Source of the DNA: Octopus bimaculoides
Lineage: Eukaryota
Assembly: GCF_001194135.2 (NCBI RefSeq)
Contig: NC_068982.1
Span: forward strand, 124,178,368-124,242,367
Length of the DNA: 64,000 nucleotides
Direction: 5' to 3'
Shown: one piece after another, positions 38,376 to 51,266 of the stretch
How the letters are laid out: the number at the start of each line of letters is the position of its first letter
Numbering within the stretch: the first letter of the stretch is position 1
Translations under genes and position numbers: made by a program
The notes under the pieces: generated by a model
The model's input: the letters and a program-made list of their open reading frames with translations, nothing else
Databases searched by the model: none
What the model was told of the DNA's origin: nothing

Positions 38376-38526
38376 TAAGTCTTCATAATGGCATGGCGAC
38401 CCCTATAGTGCTGGTGCCATGAAAATACACTGAGTACACTCTGTAATGTAGTTGGTGACAAAAATGGCAAATATAGAACACTGGAGGATCCATTGAATCC
38501 TTCCAACCCATTGAATTCTTTCAACC
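38376..38526 (+). repeat. 151-bp direct repeat, copy 2
   Basis: 2 mismatches versus 35685-35835. Confidence 0.95.
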
Positions 38527-38803
38527 AGAGATGCTATTTTTATTTCTTTATTTCTTTCTCTATTTTTAAATCCAGGTCTGATGAATTTCCCAGTTCTCTT
38601 TATCTAGTTGCTTTTGTCTCATTGGTTTAAATTTTAATCATACAAAATTAATTAACCTTTCCAAATATTTTCCACTAGACCACTTAATGAGTATTATTTT
38701 AAACAGCTAAATTAGTATTCTTCCATGTTAAAGAAAATACAAGATTGAACACATCACAATGTTTACATACGTAACTAAACAATAGTTTGTGTTTAGAAAT
38801 TTT

Positions 38804-40290
38804 GTATGTGGCTAGAGGTCCACCAAGGATCAGTGCTCAAGCCCCTCTTATTCATCACAGTCCTCCAGGCAATAACAGAGGTATTTAAGACAGGATGCCC
38901 CTGGGAGTTTCTCTTTGCTGATCACCTTGCTCTAATAGCTGAGTCACTATCAGAATTAGAGGAGAAGTTTCAGGTGTGGAAGCAAGGTCTAGAATTGAAG
39001 GGCCTTAGAGTCAACCTAGCAAAAACTAAAGTCTTAATAAGTAGGAAGGCAGACAAACCACAAATCCCTTCAGGTAGATGGTTGTGCTTGATCTGTAGGA
39101 AAGGCATAGGTAGAAACTCCATAAGATGTACCCAGTGTAAGCTGTAGACACATAAGAGGTGCAGCAATATTAAAGGAAGGCTAACTGGGAAGATAGTTTT
39201 TGTGTGTGGCAAATGCTCAGGAGCAATAAACACTGAAAATGTGCAGAAAACAGCTTCTATCACGTTCCAGGGGGAAAAAAACTACATGTAGTTGATAGCT
39301 TCCATTACCTAGGTGACCAAGTCAGTAGCGGGGGTGGATGCTCTGAAAGTGTAGCTGCTAGAATAAGAATAACCTGGGCAATGTTCAGAGACTTCCTACT
39401 TCTGCTGGTGACAAAGAACCTCTCACTCGGAGTAAAAGGTAGACTGTATGACGCATGTGTGCGAACAGCCATGCTACATGGCAGTGAAACATGGGCTGTG
39501 ACTGCTGAGGACATGCGTAAGCTTGCAAGGAATGAAGCCAGTATGCTCCGATGGATGTGTAATGTCAGTGCATATACAACAGAGTGTAAGCACCCTGAGA
39601 GAAAAGTTGGAGATAAGAAGCATCAGTTGTGGTGTGCAAGAGAGACGATTGCGCTGGTATGGTCATGTGTTGTGTATGGATGAGGACAGCTGTGTGAGGA
39701 AGTGTCACATCTTAACAGTAGAGGGAACCTGTGGAAGAGGTAGAACCAGGAAGACCTGGGATGAGGTGGTGAAGCATGACCTTCGAACATTGGGCCTCAC
39801 CGAGGCAATGACAAGTGGCCGAGACCTTTGGAGATATGTTGTGCTTGAGAAGACCTGGCAATCCAAGTGAGGCCGTAACCGTGGCCTATGCTAGTGCAGC
39901 ATAAGCAACCCATTTAAGAGTACCCTTCAATCATTGGGCAATAAACTGCCTGATTGGCACCTGTGCCAGTGGCACATTAAAAGCACCATTTGAGCGTGAT
40001 CGTTGCCAATGCCACCTGACTGGCTCCCGTGCCGGTGGCACGTAAAAAGCACCATTCAAGCGTAGTTGATGCCAGTACCACCTGACTGGCCTTCATGCCG
40101 GTGGCATGTAAAAAGCACCCACTACACTGTTGGAGTGGTTGGCGTTGGGAAGGTCATCGAGCTGTAGAAACTTTGCCAGATTGGATTGGAGTCTGGTACA
40201 GCCTTCTGGCTTGCCAGCCCTCAGTCAAACCGTCCAACCCATGCCAACATGGAAAGCAGATGTTAAATGATGATGATGATGATGATGACA
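38804..40290 (+). mobile_element. 5'-truncated RTE-clade LINE (inactive)
   Basis: VHQGSVL.PLLFI, FLFADHL (decayed YADD), VVDSF.YLGD, AMLHGSETW, RLRWYGHV, GRGRTRKTW; stop at 39145-39147 and frameshifts near 39280 and 39575; 3' UTR with (GAT)n tail. Confidence 0.92.
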
Positions 40291-40362
40291 TCTGAAAAAT
40301 TTACAATTCATTGATAAAAAAAATGATTTCCATTTTTATTTAATGATAAATTATTTTTCTAG

Positions 40363-40495
40363 GAAATAGCTGATGTGGCAACTTCCCAAGTGTTAGCATT
40401 TGAGAATCAGCAGGTATCTCGTGACAAAGAAGTCCTTTCACTACGCCAACAATTACTTGACTTCCAAGCTCAAAGTGATGACAAGACTGTTATAG
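40363..40495 (+). CDS. CEP290: CEP290 exon: EIADVATSQVLAFENQQVSRDKEVLSLRQQLLDFQAQSDDKTVI
   Basis: ttttctag / gtaaag, phase 0 to 1; resembles human SRDKEVESLRMQLLDYQAQSDEK. Confidence 0.95.
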
Positions 40496-41230
40496 GTAAA
40501 GTTTTCCCATTTTCTTATGAATTTAACATACAGTTAAGCACAAAATGTCCCCTTGTGCAGTGCTTCTCAAACTATCTGCTGTGGTGGAAACAATATATGT
40601 AATGAATATAATAAAAGTTGACAATTTTTAATTTTATATTTATTTTGCAAACAAATAATACAATATTACATAAGCATTTTATAATTTTAATCTTTACTAA
40701 TGTGAAAGGTGAGCCTGCTTCTTCTTTGTCAGTTTATCTGCTATTGTTTCTTTCTTTTCTGGAAACTTGCTGCATACTGGCAGCATATCACCACTTTAAG
40801 TAGCACTGCCCTAGTGGACAGTTAATACAAGGGAGATAATCATTTCTTCATAATATTTGGTGGGATTAAAAGTTTGAATTTGAAATTAAGGAATAAGATA
40901 AAAAATGCAGAGAATACACACTACTTCATTCTTTTTAGAAGTTATCAGTGTGACATAACCTGAGATATAATATAAAAAAAACTTTTAATAATAAAGATGC
41001 CCACTTTAATAAAAACCGCTTCCTTAATTCCCTCTGTCAACAGAAGTTAGGCACTATGGAATATAGGTATTTTATGCAGAAGGATATTCAGCTGGAAGTC
41101 AGGATATGTATAAGATCAAATTTTCAGGCAAGATAAATTCTTGCTAGCCCAGAATAAATAATACTTAAACAAAAAATTTAGTATATATATAATGCCACAT
41201 TAGACAAATGTAATATATTCATCTGTTGCA

Positions 41231-41360
41231 TATGGATGAGGACAGCTGTGTGAGGAAGTGTCACACCCTAGCAGTAGAGGGAACCTGTGGAACATGTAGA
41301 CTCAAGAAGACTTGGGATGCGGTGGTGAAGCACAACCTTTGAACATTGGGCCTCACCGAT
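41231..41360 (+). mobile_element. short fragment of the same RTE LINE family
   Basis: Close match to about 39675-39805. Confidence 0.8.
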
Positions 41361-41981
41361 AATATTACAAAGAAACATGAATTCATCTTGCATTAGATTT
41401 GAAACCTTTGTAAACAAATATGTACAGTTAAAGAATTTAGTGTTTATAAACTGTATTCTTGGTAAATACACTTGAATTTCAAGGCCATCCTCATCTATCT
41501 TTAAGTAGGTGCCATGCTGAAGTAAAGTTTATGGCTTTATGTATTAAGACACTTTATTTAACCTTCTGTATCAGCTTAGATCTTCCAACAAATATTTGAA
41601 GGAAGATAGTCTTCATGGAATTGTCATGTTTTATTACATATTTTATTTACAAGACATAAAATATATATTAAATTTTATGTTAACCAGAAATAGATATATA
41701 AATACACAAGCTGTTTCTTTTTATTATTGTTGTTGCTTTACCCTGGTCAGTCCTGATCAAGCAGACCTAAGATCATCACCTTTCCAACTATATTCATTCT
41801 GTCTTTCCTTTTCAAACATTGTGTCTCTAGGATTGTATTGTCCAATGCATCAGAGCTGTTTTAAGATGGTAGGATGTTTTGGCTGCTATATCTTGTAAGT
41901 TGAGCAGTCATATAATGACTCTCTTTTCGGCCCTTAGTTTGATGATTTTGTTATGTAATGAGGAAATCATTTTTATTTTAG

Positions 41982-42184
41982 GGAAACTACACCGTCAAAT
42001 TGTGCAACTTCAAGTCAGTGAAGGAACAGCGATTCAGAAACTTGAAAATGAGATGCGTAAAGTTAGCAAACTTGAAGCCCATATTCTTCAGCTGGAGCAA
42101 CAGATCGATGCTAAAAACCAAACCATTTATCACAATCGGATTGACTCTCAGAATAAAATCAAACAGTTGAAGAAGAATTTATCT
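41982..42184 (+). CDS. CEP290: CEP290 exon: (G)KLHRQIVQLQVSEGTAIQKLENEMRKVSKLEAHILQLEQQIDAKNQTIYHNRIDSQNKIKQLKKNLS
   Basis: ttttag / gtgagt, phase 1 to 0. Confidence 0.94.
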
Positions 42185-42789
42185 GTGAGTTTTTATCTTT
42201 ACCTTTTAAATTTATTAAAAAATTTCTTAGTTTCTTTTAAAAATATTAATGAAATGGTAGTTTTTAGAACTGAATAGATATCTTAATGAATGGAATTTGA
42301 TACTGCTACAGGATAATGAGTTTCCATAATATTAATAGTATTGCTGAACATCAGTTTCTGTTCACAAGTCAACATATTCTTTTATTTGTTTTTAGTCAAA
42401 CATATTGACCCCAGGACTTATTCTTTGGATGCCTAGTACTTATTCTATCGGTCCCTTTTGCCGAACCACTAAGTTATGGGAACGTAAACACACCAACATC
42501 GGTTGTCAAGCAACATACAAACATGTACATATATGTATACATACAACAGGCTTCTTTCAGTTTCCGTCTACCAAATCCACTCACAAGGCTTTGGTCGGCC
42601 CAATACTATAGTAGAAGACACTTACCTAAGGTGCCACACAGTGAGACTGAATCCGGAACCATGTGGTTCATAAGCAAGCTACTTACCACACAGCCACCCC
42701 TACTCCTATAAACATTTTTAACTAAATCTCATGTAATTTCTGGAAGAGATTTGAAACCATCACCTATGAGTTGTATTACTACTTCTCAA

Positions 42790-43200
42790 CACTCATGCCT
42801 ACTGGGCCACCAAAGGATTCTTGTGTAACAATGTTTGGGTTTCTTGAGCAGTGATTTGAGATCTCCAGCATTTTCTCTGTCTCTACTGACACTAATTTTC
42901 TATTTCTCCCGCTAACTCTTGATACATAGTACTGCCCTCTTTGTTCTGTACCCTTGTACTCTCATCATCTTTTGTGACATTTGTTTTGTCTCTCCTCTGA
43001 AACATATGATGAAAATGCTTTGATTCCTTCAAAATCATATTGTCATATTGTACCTTCATATCATAAAGAAGATTTTCCCAAAAGTTGTCTACAGTGCTAG
43101 TCTTCAATACCTTGATGTTACTATAAGTTCATTATCTTCATGTGGCTTCTTTGAGGTTGTCCTCTTAAATTCTAAATATCACGATCCATTTGGCTGAATC
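42790..43200 (-). mobile_element. RLE-type (R4/Dong-like) non-LTR endonuclease-region fragment
   Basis: ORF 42892-43107: NLLYDMKVQYD...KEGSTMYQELAGEI resembles ILWD..IQ.D....K..KYQDLA.EI. Confidence 0.5.
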
Positions 43201-44366
43201 CTGGAAATGGCACTGGATTGCAAGAATAAGCACTTTATTTTACCATCATTTTATCTACATTACCATTTAATATGTATATTCGATAACCAGTATTATTCAT
43301 TATCAGTTGTAAGGTGGCAAGCTGGCAGAACCAGTAGCATGGTGGATAAAATGCCTAGTGGTATTTGGTCTTTTTTGTTAAAATTAAATCAATTTACAGC
43401 AAGTTTTTAGACTTCAGTCTTTTAGTGTTAGAAAGACTGTTTATATAATAATTTTTGTCAACTGTTGTCATGGTAACAGTTTGTTAAACTCAGAGGTATA
43501 CATCACTCTGAGTATGTATATATGTGAGTGTGTAAGTGAGAGAGAGGTTGATTATGCTTGTGAGTTATGAAAAGTAAAGATATTGCTCAAGAGAAACCTT
43601 CAACTCTGAATTTATACTTTATTGCATTATTCTAGGATTATTTTCAGATATGTATACAAATTTTGGTAACTGTTCACAAACAAATTGTAGAAATATTTTA
43701 AGACAAGCAGACAAACATCATTGTTTTTCCTTATTTTTTATCCTTTACTTGTTTCAGTTACTGGAATGCAGCCATGCTGGGGCACTACTTTGAAGGGTTT
43801 AGTTGAACAAATTAAACCCAGTACTTATTTTTTTAAAGTCTGGCACTTATTCTATGGGTCCCTTTTGCAGAATCACAAATGTTATAAGGACGTAAATACC
43901 CCCCCCCCACTTATATGATGAGCTTCTACACTGTTACTGTTTACCAAATTCTCTCACAAGGCATTAGTCAGTCTGGGGCTATAGTAGAAGATACTTGTCC
44001 AAGGTACTATGCAATGGGGCTGAACCTGAAACAATGTAATTGCAAGCAAACATCTTGATCACATAGCCATTTTACAAAACTTTGCTCATTTAGTTTACAT
44101 GACCATCCCTACTCATCACCTCATGATTTTTCATTATATTAAATCATCATCATCATCATATGTCTGTTTTCTATTAAATGATGATGCTGATGGTGATGAT
44201 GATGATGATTTTATATAATGAACAATCATGTGATGATGTGTAGGGATTGTTATGATGATAGATAATGATTTCTTTTGACTCGGTACACATTCCATTTTTC
44301 CTTTTTGTTATAGAAAGAGTTATAACTGATTAAATCATTATTCTATTGTGTTGTTTTCAATTTCAG

Positions 44367-44480
44367 GAAGTACATCGACAATATGCAGGAGCTATTCCAC
44401 TTTCCAAGCAGGAGAAATTTGCAAATAATATGATTCAGCTGCAAGAAGATAAGTCCAAAATTGAAAAAGAATTAGTGGAG
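44367..44480 (+). CDS. CEP290: CEP290 exon: EVHRQYAGAIPLSKQEKFANNMIQLQEDKSKIEKELVE
   Basis: tttcag / gtgacc, 114 nt; resembles human RRQFSGALPLAQQEKFSKTMIQLQNDK. Confidence 0.93.
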
Positions 44481-45184
44481 GTGACCCATTTTTCTCTCCT
44501 ATCAGACATGACACCATATATTTACCTGAATTTGTCTTGCTGAAAATTCTAGACATGCCCTTTGTATTTTCAAACTGCAAAATACTCTAAGTAGTGAGCC
44601 TATATCAATTTTCTAAAGGATTAAATAAGTATACAAGGTTTGTAAGAAATAAAGAATACTTTTAAATCCTGAAAATGGCTCAAATTATTATTTGATGGTT
44701 GGTTGATTCTTACTTAGTTTATTCTCCTCATTTTTAGACATGAAAAGTATTTTTACAGTATCTACATCCACGCTGTGATTATATCTGAGTGTCATCAGGT
44801 ATCTTATTCCTGGATGTGTACATAGTCCCAGACAAGATTTGAACTAGGACCCTTTATATCGCAACTAGTGGTAATAATACGATTATAATTTTTCAGAAAG
44901 ATAGACTCATCTTCAGAGATGAAGCATTTTAAAATTTTCACATCTAAACTACACTTTGATCAGGTTGATCTCTTGGATTTGTATATAATGCTGAACTAGA
45001 TCTGAAACAGGAAGCTTTATTTTTAAATGAATGGCAGCATTGCTCTTATCCTGATATCCCCCCATTCCATATGCATGCACACATGTATATCATGACTCAT
45101 ACACTGTTCATCTTCCTGACTTTTGTACATAATTCTGTGTAGTGTACGTAGTTGTAATGTACCTGAGCACTATACACAATAATT

Positions 45185-45231
<47 letters not shown>

Positions 45232-45448
45232 GAGCGTGATCGTTGCCAGCGTCACCGTCCTGGCACTTGTGCTGGTGGCACGTGAAAAGACATTCGAGCG
45301 AGATCGTTGCCAGTACCGCTGGACTGGCTCCTGTGCAGGTGGCACGTAAAATACACCATTTTGAGTGTGGCTGTTGCCAGTACTGCCTGACTAGCCTTCG
45401 TGCCAGTGGCACGTAAAAACACCCACTACACTCTGGGAGTGGTTGGCA

Positions 45449-45497
45449 TAGAAACTCTGTAGAACTGTAGAAACTCTGTAGAACTGTAGAAACTCTG
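45449..45497. repeat. 19-bp tandem repeat (2.5 units) inside a family C copy
   Basis: tagaaactctgtagaactg x2 plus a partial third unit. Confidence 0.9.
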
Positions 45498-47279
45498 CCA
45501 AATCAGATTGGAGCCTGGTGTAGCCATCTGGTTTACCAGTCCTCAATCAAATCGTCCAACCCATGCTANNNNNNNNNNCAGTCCTCAATCAAATCGTCCA
45601 ACCCATGCTAGCATGGAAAGCGGACGTTAAACAATGATGATGATGATTATTATTATTATTATTAATGATGATGATTATTATTATTATTAATGATGCTGAT
45701 TATTATTATTATTAAAGGCGGCGAGCTGGCAGAATCGTTAGCATGCTGGGCGAAATGCTTAGCGGTATTTTGTCTGCCGCTATGTTCTGAGTTCAAATTC
45801 CGCCGGGGTTGATTTTGCCTTTCATCCTTTCGGAGTTGAGTACTGGAGTTGATGTAATCGACCATCCCCCTCCCCCAAATTTCAGGCCTTGTGCATATAG
45901 TAGAAAAGATTATTGTTATTATTATTATTATTATCCACTTGGCCAGTATGCTGATTGTTTATTTATCAGATTCACAGCGGATAACTGCCATTAGTTTAGA
46001 AATAAAGGTTCAGAAAAATTATAATCGTATTAACTTACTGACATTTAGATAATTAATGTTCCTACCCACTTATTCTAGTGATGAATGTGGACAATAAATA
46101 TTACAGTTCACTACCACTGTCACTGTCATTGCCACCAGCACCAGTACCACCACCAACAGCACCAACACCACCACTGCTACCCTCCCACGGTCACTGCGAC
46201 TTCCCACCCACTGCTAACACCACCACCACCACCACCACCACCACCATCATGGTTTAATACCTGCCCTACCATGTTCAGATCATTCATTGACCTGGAGGTG
46301 AATGAATGCTCTTAGCCAAGAACTGCCCCTGTAGTTATTTCACTACAAAGAGAGAATTTTGTGGTACCTTATCCTGGCACAAAACCAAATTTCATCTCAC
46401 CACCCACCCCATTCCTTCATCTCCCACCCCAACATTTTTATTCATATCTCCACCTCTCACATCCCTTCATCACATCATCACCCACTGACTCCCTACCTTC
46501 CATGTTTCTTCGTCTCACCATCTGCCATGTTTATTTATCTTCTGATCACTCATATTCCTTTCTCTCACCGTGTGTCATGTCCATTCCTCTCATGCAACTC
46601 CCATTACATTCCTCCATTTTATTCAGGGTCTTAGCAGCATTATAGGCCCTGGGGAATTATCAGTGCACAGGGTCCTTATAGTATTTACTTATTGATGGCA
46701 AGACATATCGTACATAGATCAGAATTGAGCCCCTAGACCCATGAGCTGCTATATCTAGACCCACTACCTAGTGTGCCCAAATCTTAAGACAAGATAGCAT
46801 TGATCTTACCATCCATCGTATCTCAGCATCTCACTCCCATAATATTCCTTTATCTTACCGCTTGTCATGTTCCTTCATCTCTCGTCTTCCACAGTCCTTC
46901 AATGTCTGGCACTAACAACAAAAAAATAAGAGATAAAAAACTAGTCAAATGTTTTGTTATGTGAAGCAGGTTTTTACAATTGGATACCTTTCCTATTTTC
47001 AACCACTTTTAACAACAACAACAACAATAATAATAATAATAATAATAATTTCCTACATAGGCACAAGGTTAGAAATTTATTGAGCCTAAGGAAACAATCA
47101 GTCATATCAAACTCAGTATTTAACTGGCACATTATCTTATTGACCTTGGGAAGAAGAGGGGTAAAGTCAACTTTGGAGAAATTAGTACTCAGAATGTAAC
47201 TAAATACCGCAAAACACTTTATCTGACTCATACAGATGTAGATATGATGATGATTTTGTTGTTGATGGTGATGATGATG

Positions 47280-47329
<50 letters not shown>

Positions 47330-48672
47330 ATGTCTGTGATAGCTCTAAATTACTACCAGCACTAAGACATGCCCCTCTCTCTCAGCTTGGGCATTTAAAT
47401 AAAAACTGACCAGTTTGAAAGAGCTTGTTGCACTCCATGTGATGTGTTTGTTATTGTAGACAATTTTACAGAATTTATCTATTTACAATTTATATATTTA
47501 CAATTTATATATATTTACAATTAAATTGTCCTGCTAGAGTAACATGGAATTTTAAAAATTGTTCTACTGTTCTATTTTCACTGAGTAATATAATTAAATT
47601 ACAATCATATTGATTATATTGATAAATTTCCTTATGATTCACCTACAGATTGAATTATAAGTTCTCAAGTTTGATAACTATGGAAACAATATACATTATT
47701 ATAACACATGTTTTAAGGGATGGAGGATTGGCAGAATTGTCGAAGCATCAGAAAAATGCTTTATGATATTTGTTCCCATTCTTTATGTTCTAAGTTCAAA
47801 TCCCAGCAAGTTCGACTTTGCCTTTTGTCCTTCTAGGACCAATAAACTAGAGTACCAGTCGAGTACTAGGGTTGATTTAATTGATTTATCCCACCCCTAA
47901 ATTCTAGATTTTTGTGTCTTAGAATCAATTATTATCAACATACTTATAATAGAAACTTTCTTTTATACACTGACAGGAGTTAATACTTGCTGTTACAAAA
48001 TTTTCCTATTTCTAATCTATTTTTCTTGTAGAATTAGTTTTATTTGTCAAATAATTATTACCATCTTACCAATCATTGTAGTTCTCTTTTCCTTAATGTA
48101 CACAGTTTCTTTGTGTATTTCTCAATGTTCATTTCTAAATCTAACCAAGAAGATCGAATTTCCATTTTATTTTATCTCTACTGGTTTAACATAGATTTAC
48201 ATAACACATTTACTCTTCTTTAAGACTTTTGTTAGTGTATTTCTGCTGGAATACATTACTTTTGTCTTAATTTTAAAAATAATGAAAAATTTATTAAAAT
48301 ACCTATCATTTTTAAGCTGGTGTTTGGAACATAAATTAACATGAAATTTTGATGGAAGTTTTTAATTTAGATCTCCTTAAAATTGAGAATTCATATCATA
48401 AAACTAGGGGTGGTCTCAGGTGTGTTATTCAAAAGGGTTAAACTTGTCATGTCAAGTTTTATTACTACACATATACCACCACCACCAGATACATCACGCT
48501 CACACACCCATACACAAACACACACTCACACACAAACACATACTCACACATACACATATCTTTACTATCAGCAGTAAAGATATAAGTTCCTTAAACATTT
48601 CTTTGTAACCACATAATTGTCATCAGGTTCACCTTCATAAGTTTTCAAATTAGCAATATCCTTAGTTGTTTA

Positions 48673-48917
48673 GGGTGGCAGGCTGGCAGAAGCGTTAGCA
48701 CGCCAGCGAAATGCCTAGCGGTATTTCGTCTGCCATTACGTTCTGAGTTCAAATTCCACCAAGGTCAACTTTGCTTTTCATCCATTTGGGGTCGATTAAA
48801 TAAGTACCAGTTATGCACTGGGGTCAGTGTAATCAACTTAATCCATTTGTCTATCCTTGTTTGTCTATCCTTGTTTGTCTCCTCTATATTTAGCCTCCTG
48901 TGGGCAATAAAGAAATA
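48673..48917 (+). mobile_element. SINE family A, full length
   Basis: 18-bp TSD with 1 mismatch (48655-48672, 48918-48935). Confidence 0.9.
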
Positions 48918-49420
48918 AATATCCTTAGTAGTTTAACAGAATGTACATTTTCTGTTTCAGTGCTCTTTGCGCACTTGAAAGACATGTAAAATATTCCAAG
49001 TGATTCTATAGTATGCTCTTTGGTTATATTATCTCTATATCATATGCTGGCTTCATGCCAAAATTTGAAACTATTATCTGTATATTATATATTTTTCCAT
49101 TCACAACTTACTCAAGTATAACATTTTTTCTATGCTACAAAATGCAATACAAAAAAACCCTAGTAAATCTGATGAAAATTAGCTCAAGATGAAGTTGGTA
49201 ATACAATGAGGAAAATATGCATCTCTTTAATGAGGTAAATCATAATGTAATGGGAAAAAAATTGATTCATGTCTACAACAAAGAAAATAAATACCAAATG
49301 GTTATTTAAAATATCTAAAATATAGTGTGTTAAAAATCATGTTTGTGTTTGTAATTTCACACATGCTGTTAGGTCTATATATATTGTATTTTAATATTTA
49401 GCAATATATCTTCATTACAG

Positions 49421-49621
49421 GTTAAGGAACAACGCAGGCAAGTGGAGGATAAATTGGCAGAGTTAGAACTTCTCCAGTTGGGGAAGGAAGAGATGAAAGA
49501 GATAACAATTAAGGGAGGTCATGAAGGGGTTAAGAAGGTGGCAGAGTGGCATTCAAAGATGGAAACCTTACGTTTGAGTCAAATGAAGCAAACCCGTCAA
49601 ATATCAAGATTACAAGAACAG
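49421..49621 (+). CDS. CEP290: CEP290 exon: VKEQRRQVEDKLAELELLQ...KKVAEWHSKMETLRLSQMKQTRQISRLQEQ
   Basis: attacag / gtaata, 201 nt; resembles human QKVINWHMKIEELRLQELK. Confidence 0.93.
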
Positions 49622-50398
49622 GTAATATGTCTTATCTTCAGAATCATTGTTTTGATGTTCACTTCTCCATGTTTGTATGGATCATTTACGAAACTTGTTG
49701 AGGCAAATTTTCTATGGCTCGGTGCTCCTCCTGCTGTCAAACCTCACCTCTTTCTAAGTAAGGTAATGTTTTCCTTAGTCCTTCAAACAACGAACAACTG
49801 AAAGGCTGGATGTGTTTTCACTAAGCCAACTGATGTTGATGTTTTAACCATTTGGTCTATGCTTTCAAAGAGGTCTGGAATCAAAGAAGAAAATCTTTTA
49901 TCACTTGGAAACAAATAAAGGTTCATTACACAGAATAATGTTATTTCCATGAAATTTTTAACATCTGAAAATGCTCTTGCTCAATCCAACATGTTATATG
50001 ATAGAAAAATTACGGGTTATTTTAAAAGATAAAATTGGTTATATGGAAAATAAAATAAAATTAAAATATGTTTACACTCACTGATACACAACAATAATGT
50101 TTCCTTCACATATTGTTGAATATAATAGTTAGTAGAGCAAAATGCCTTGAAGTATTTACAATATATACAGAGAAACATTTCCTTTTCTTTTACTTGTTTC
50201 AGTCATCTGATTGCGGCCATGCTGGAGCACCACCTGTAGCTGAGCAAATTGACCTCAGGACTTATTCTTTGAAAACCTAGTACTTATTCTATTGGTCTCC
50301 TTTGCCGAACCGCTAAGTTTCAGGGACCTAAACACACCAGCATCAGTTGTCAAGTGATGTTGGGGGGACAAACACATGCATATCCATACATATATATT

Positions 50399-50499
50399 TA
50401 TATAGATGTTTTCGATCTAGTTTGGATTCTTTGCCATCAAATTTGAATTCTTTGCAATCGAATTTGATGGCAAAGAATCCAAACTAGATCGAAAACATC

Positions 50500-50505
<6 letters not shown>
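50399..50505. repeat. perfect 45-bp inverted repeat with 17-nt spacer
   Basis: 50399-50443 is the exact reverse complement of 50461-50505. Confidence 0.95.
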
Positions 50506-50542
<37 letters not shown>

Positions 50543-51077
50543 ACACATATATATATATATATATGGCGGGCTTCATTTAGTTTCCGTCTACCAAATCCAC
50601 TTACAAGGCTCTGGTCGGCCCTAGGCTTATAGTAGAAGACACTTTGCCCAAGGTGCCACGCAGTGGGACTGAACCCGGAACCATGTGGTTGGTAAGCAAG
50701 CTACTTACCACACAGACACTTACTGGTCTTGGAGGGCCTGCAAAGGTTATGGGCACTGTTCCTTCCTTCAGATTCAGCAAATTAAGAAATGATATGTATT
50801 TAATATGTAACAGAATAGGATGCAGTGGACATTGTGAATGTAACTTGGTGCTCATTATTCTATCTCTCAATTTTAAGCATGATAATTATCAAGGACATTC
50901 TTAGATAAATGCTCAACTTGATAAGCAAAAGAGAAATACCAACTTCTTATGGTTACTGAAGCTACTTTTGTAACAGATTTCATTTCTTTTTTTTTTTTTT
51001 TGACTAAAAAGAAGTCTATTTGTATATTTCATATAATATTTTCAATACTGTCAGATATTTCTTTGTTTCTCTTTTAG

Positions 51078-51266
51078 ATATCACTGCATGAAAAAACCAT
51101 AAAAAATCAAGAAGTGGCTATAGCTGATTTAGAACATAAAAATGTAAAGTTATCTAAAGAATTTGAAAAGCATCAACTTGACTGGGAATTCCGAGAGCAA
51201 GAGTTAGAAAGGACAATAAATAATTTGGAAAAACAAGCTTCAGATTTTACTTCTGCAACTGCACAG
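51078..51266 (+). CDS. CEP290: CEP290 exon: ISLHEKTIKNQEVAIADLEHKNVKLSKEFEKHQLDWEFREQELERTINNLEKQASDFTSATAQ
   Basis: cttttag / gtaagt, 189 nt; resembles human RQMAWDQREVDLERQL. Confidence 0.92.

Noticed and set aside
39955-40115. CRISPR-like array
   Set aside because: Eukaryotic context; the units are degenerate tandem repeats without unique spacers, inside a LINE 3' UTR.
45540-45608. Tandem duplication of gtcctcaatcaaatcgtccaacccatgcta
   Set aside because: The copies sit on either side of a 10-N gap, so this is almost certainly an unmerged contig overlap.
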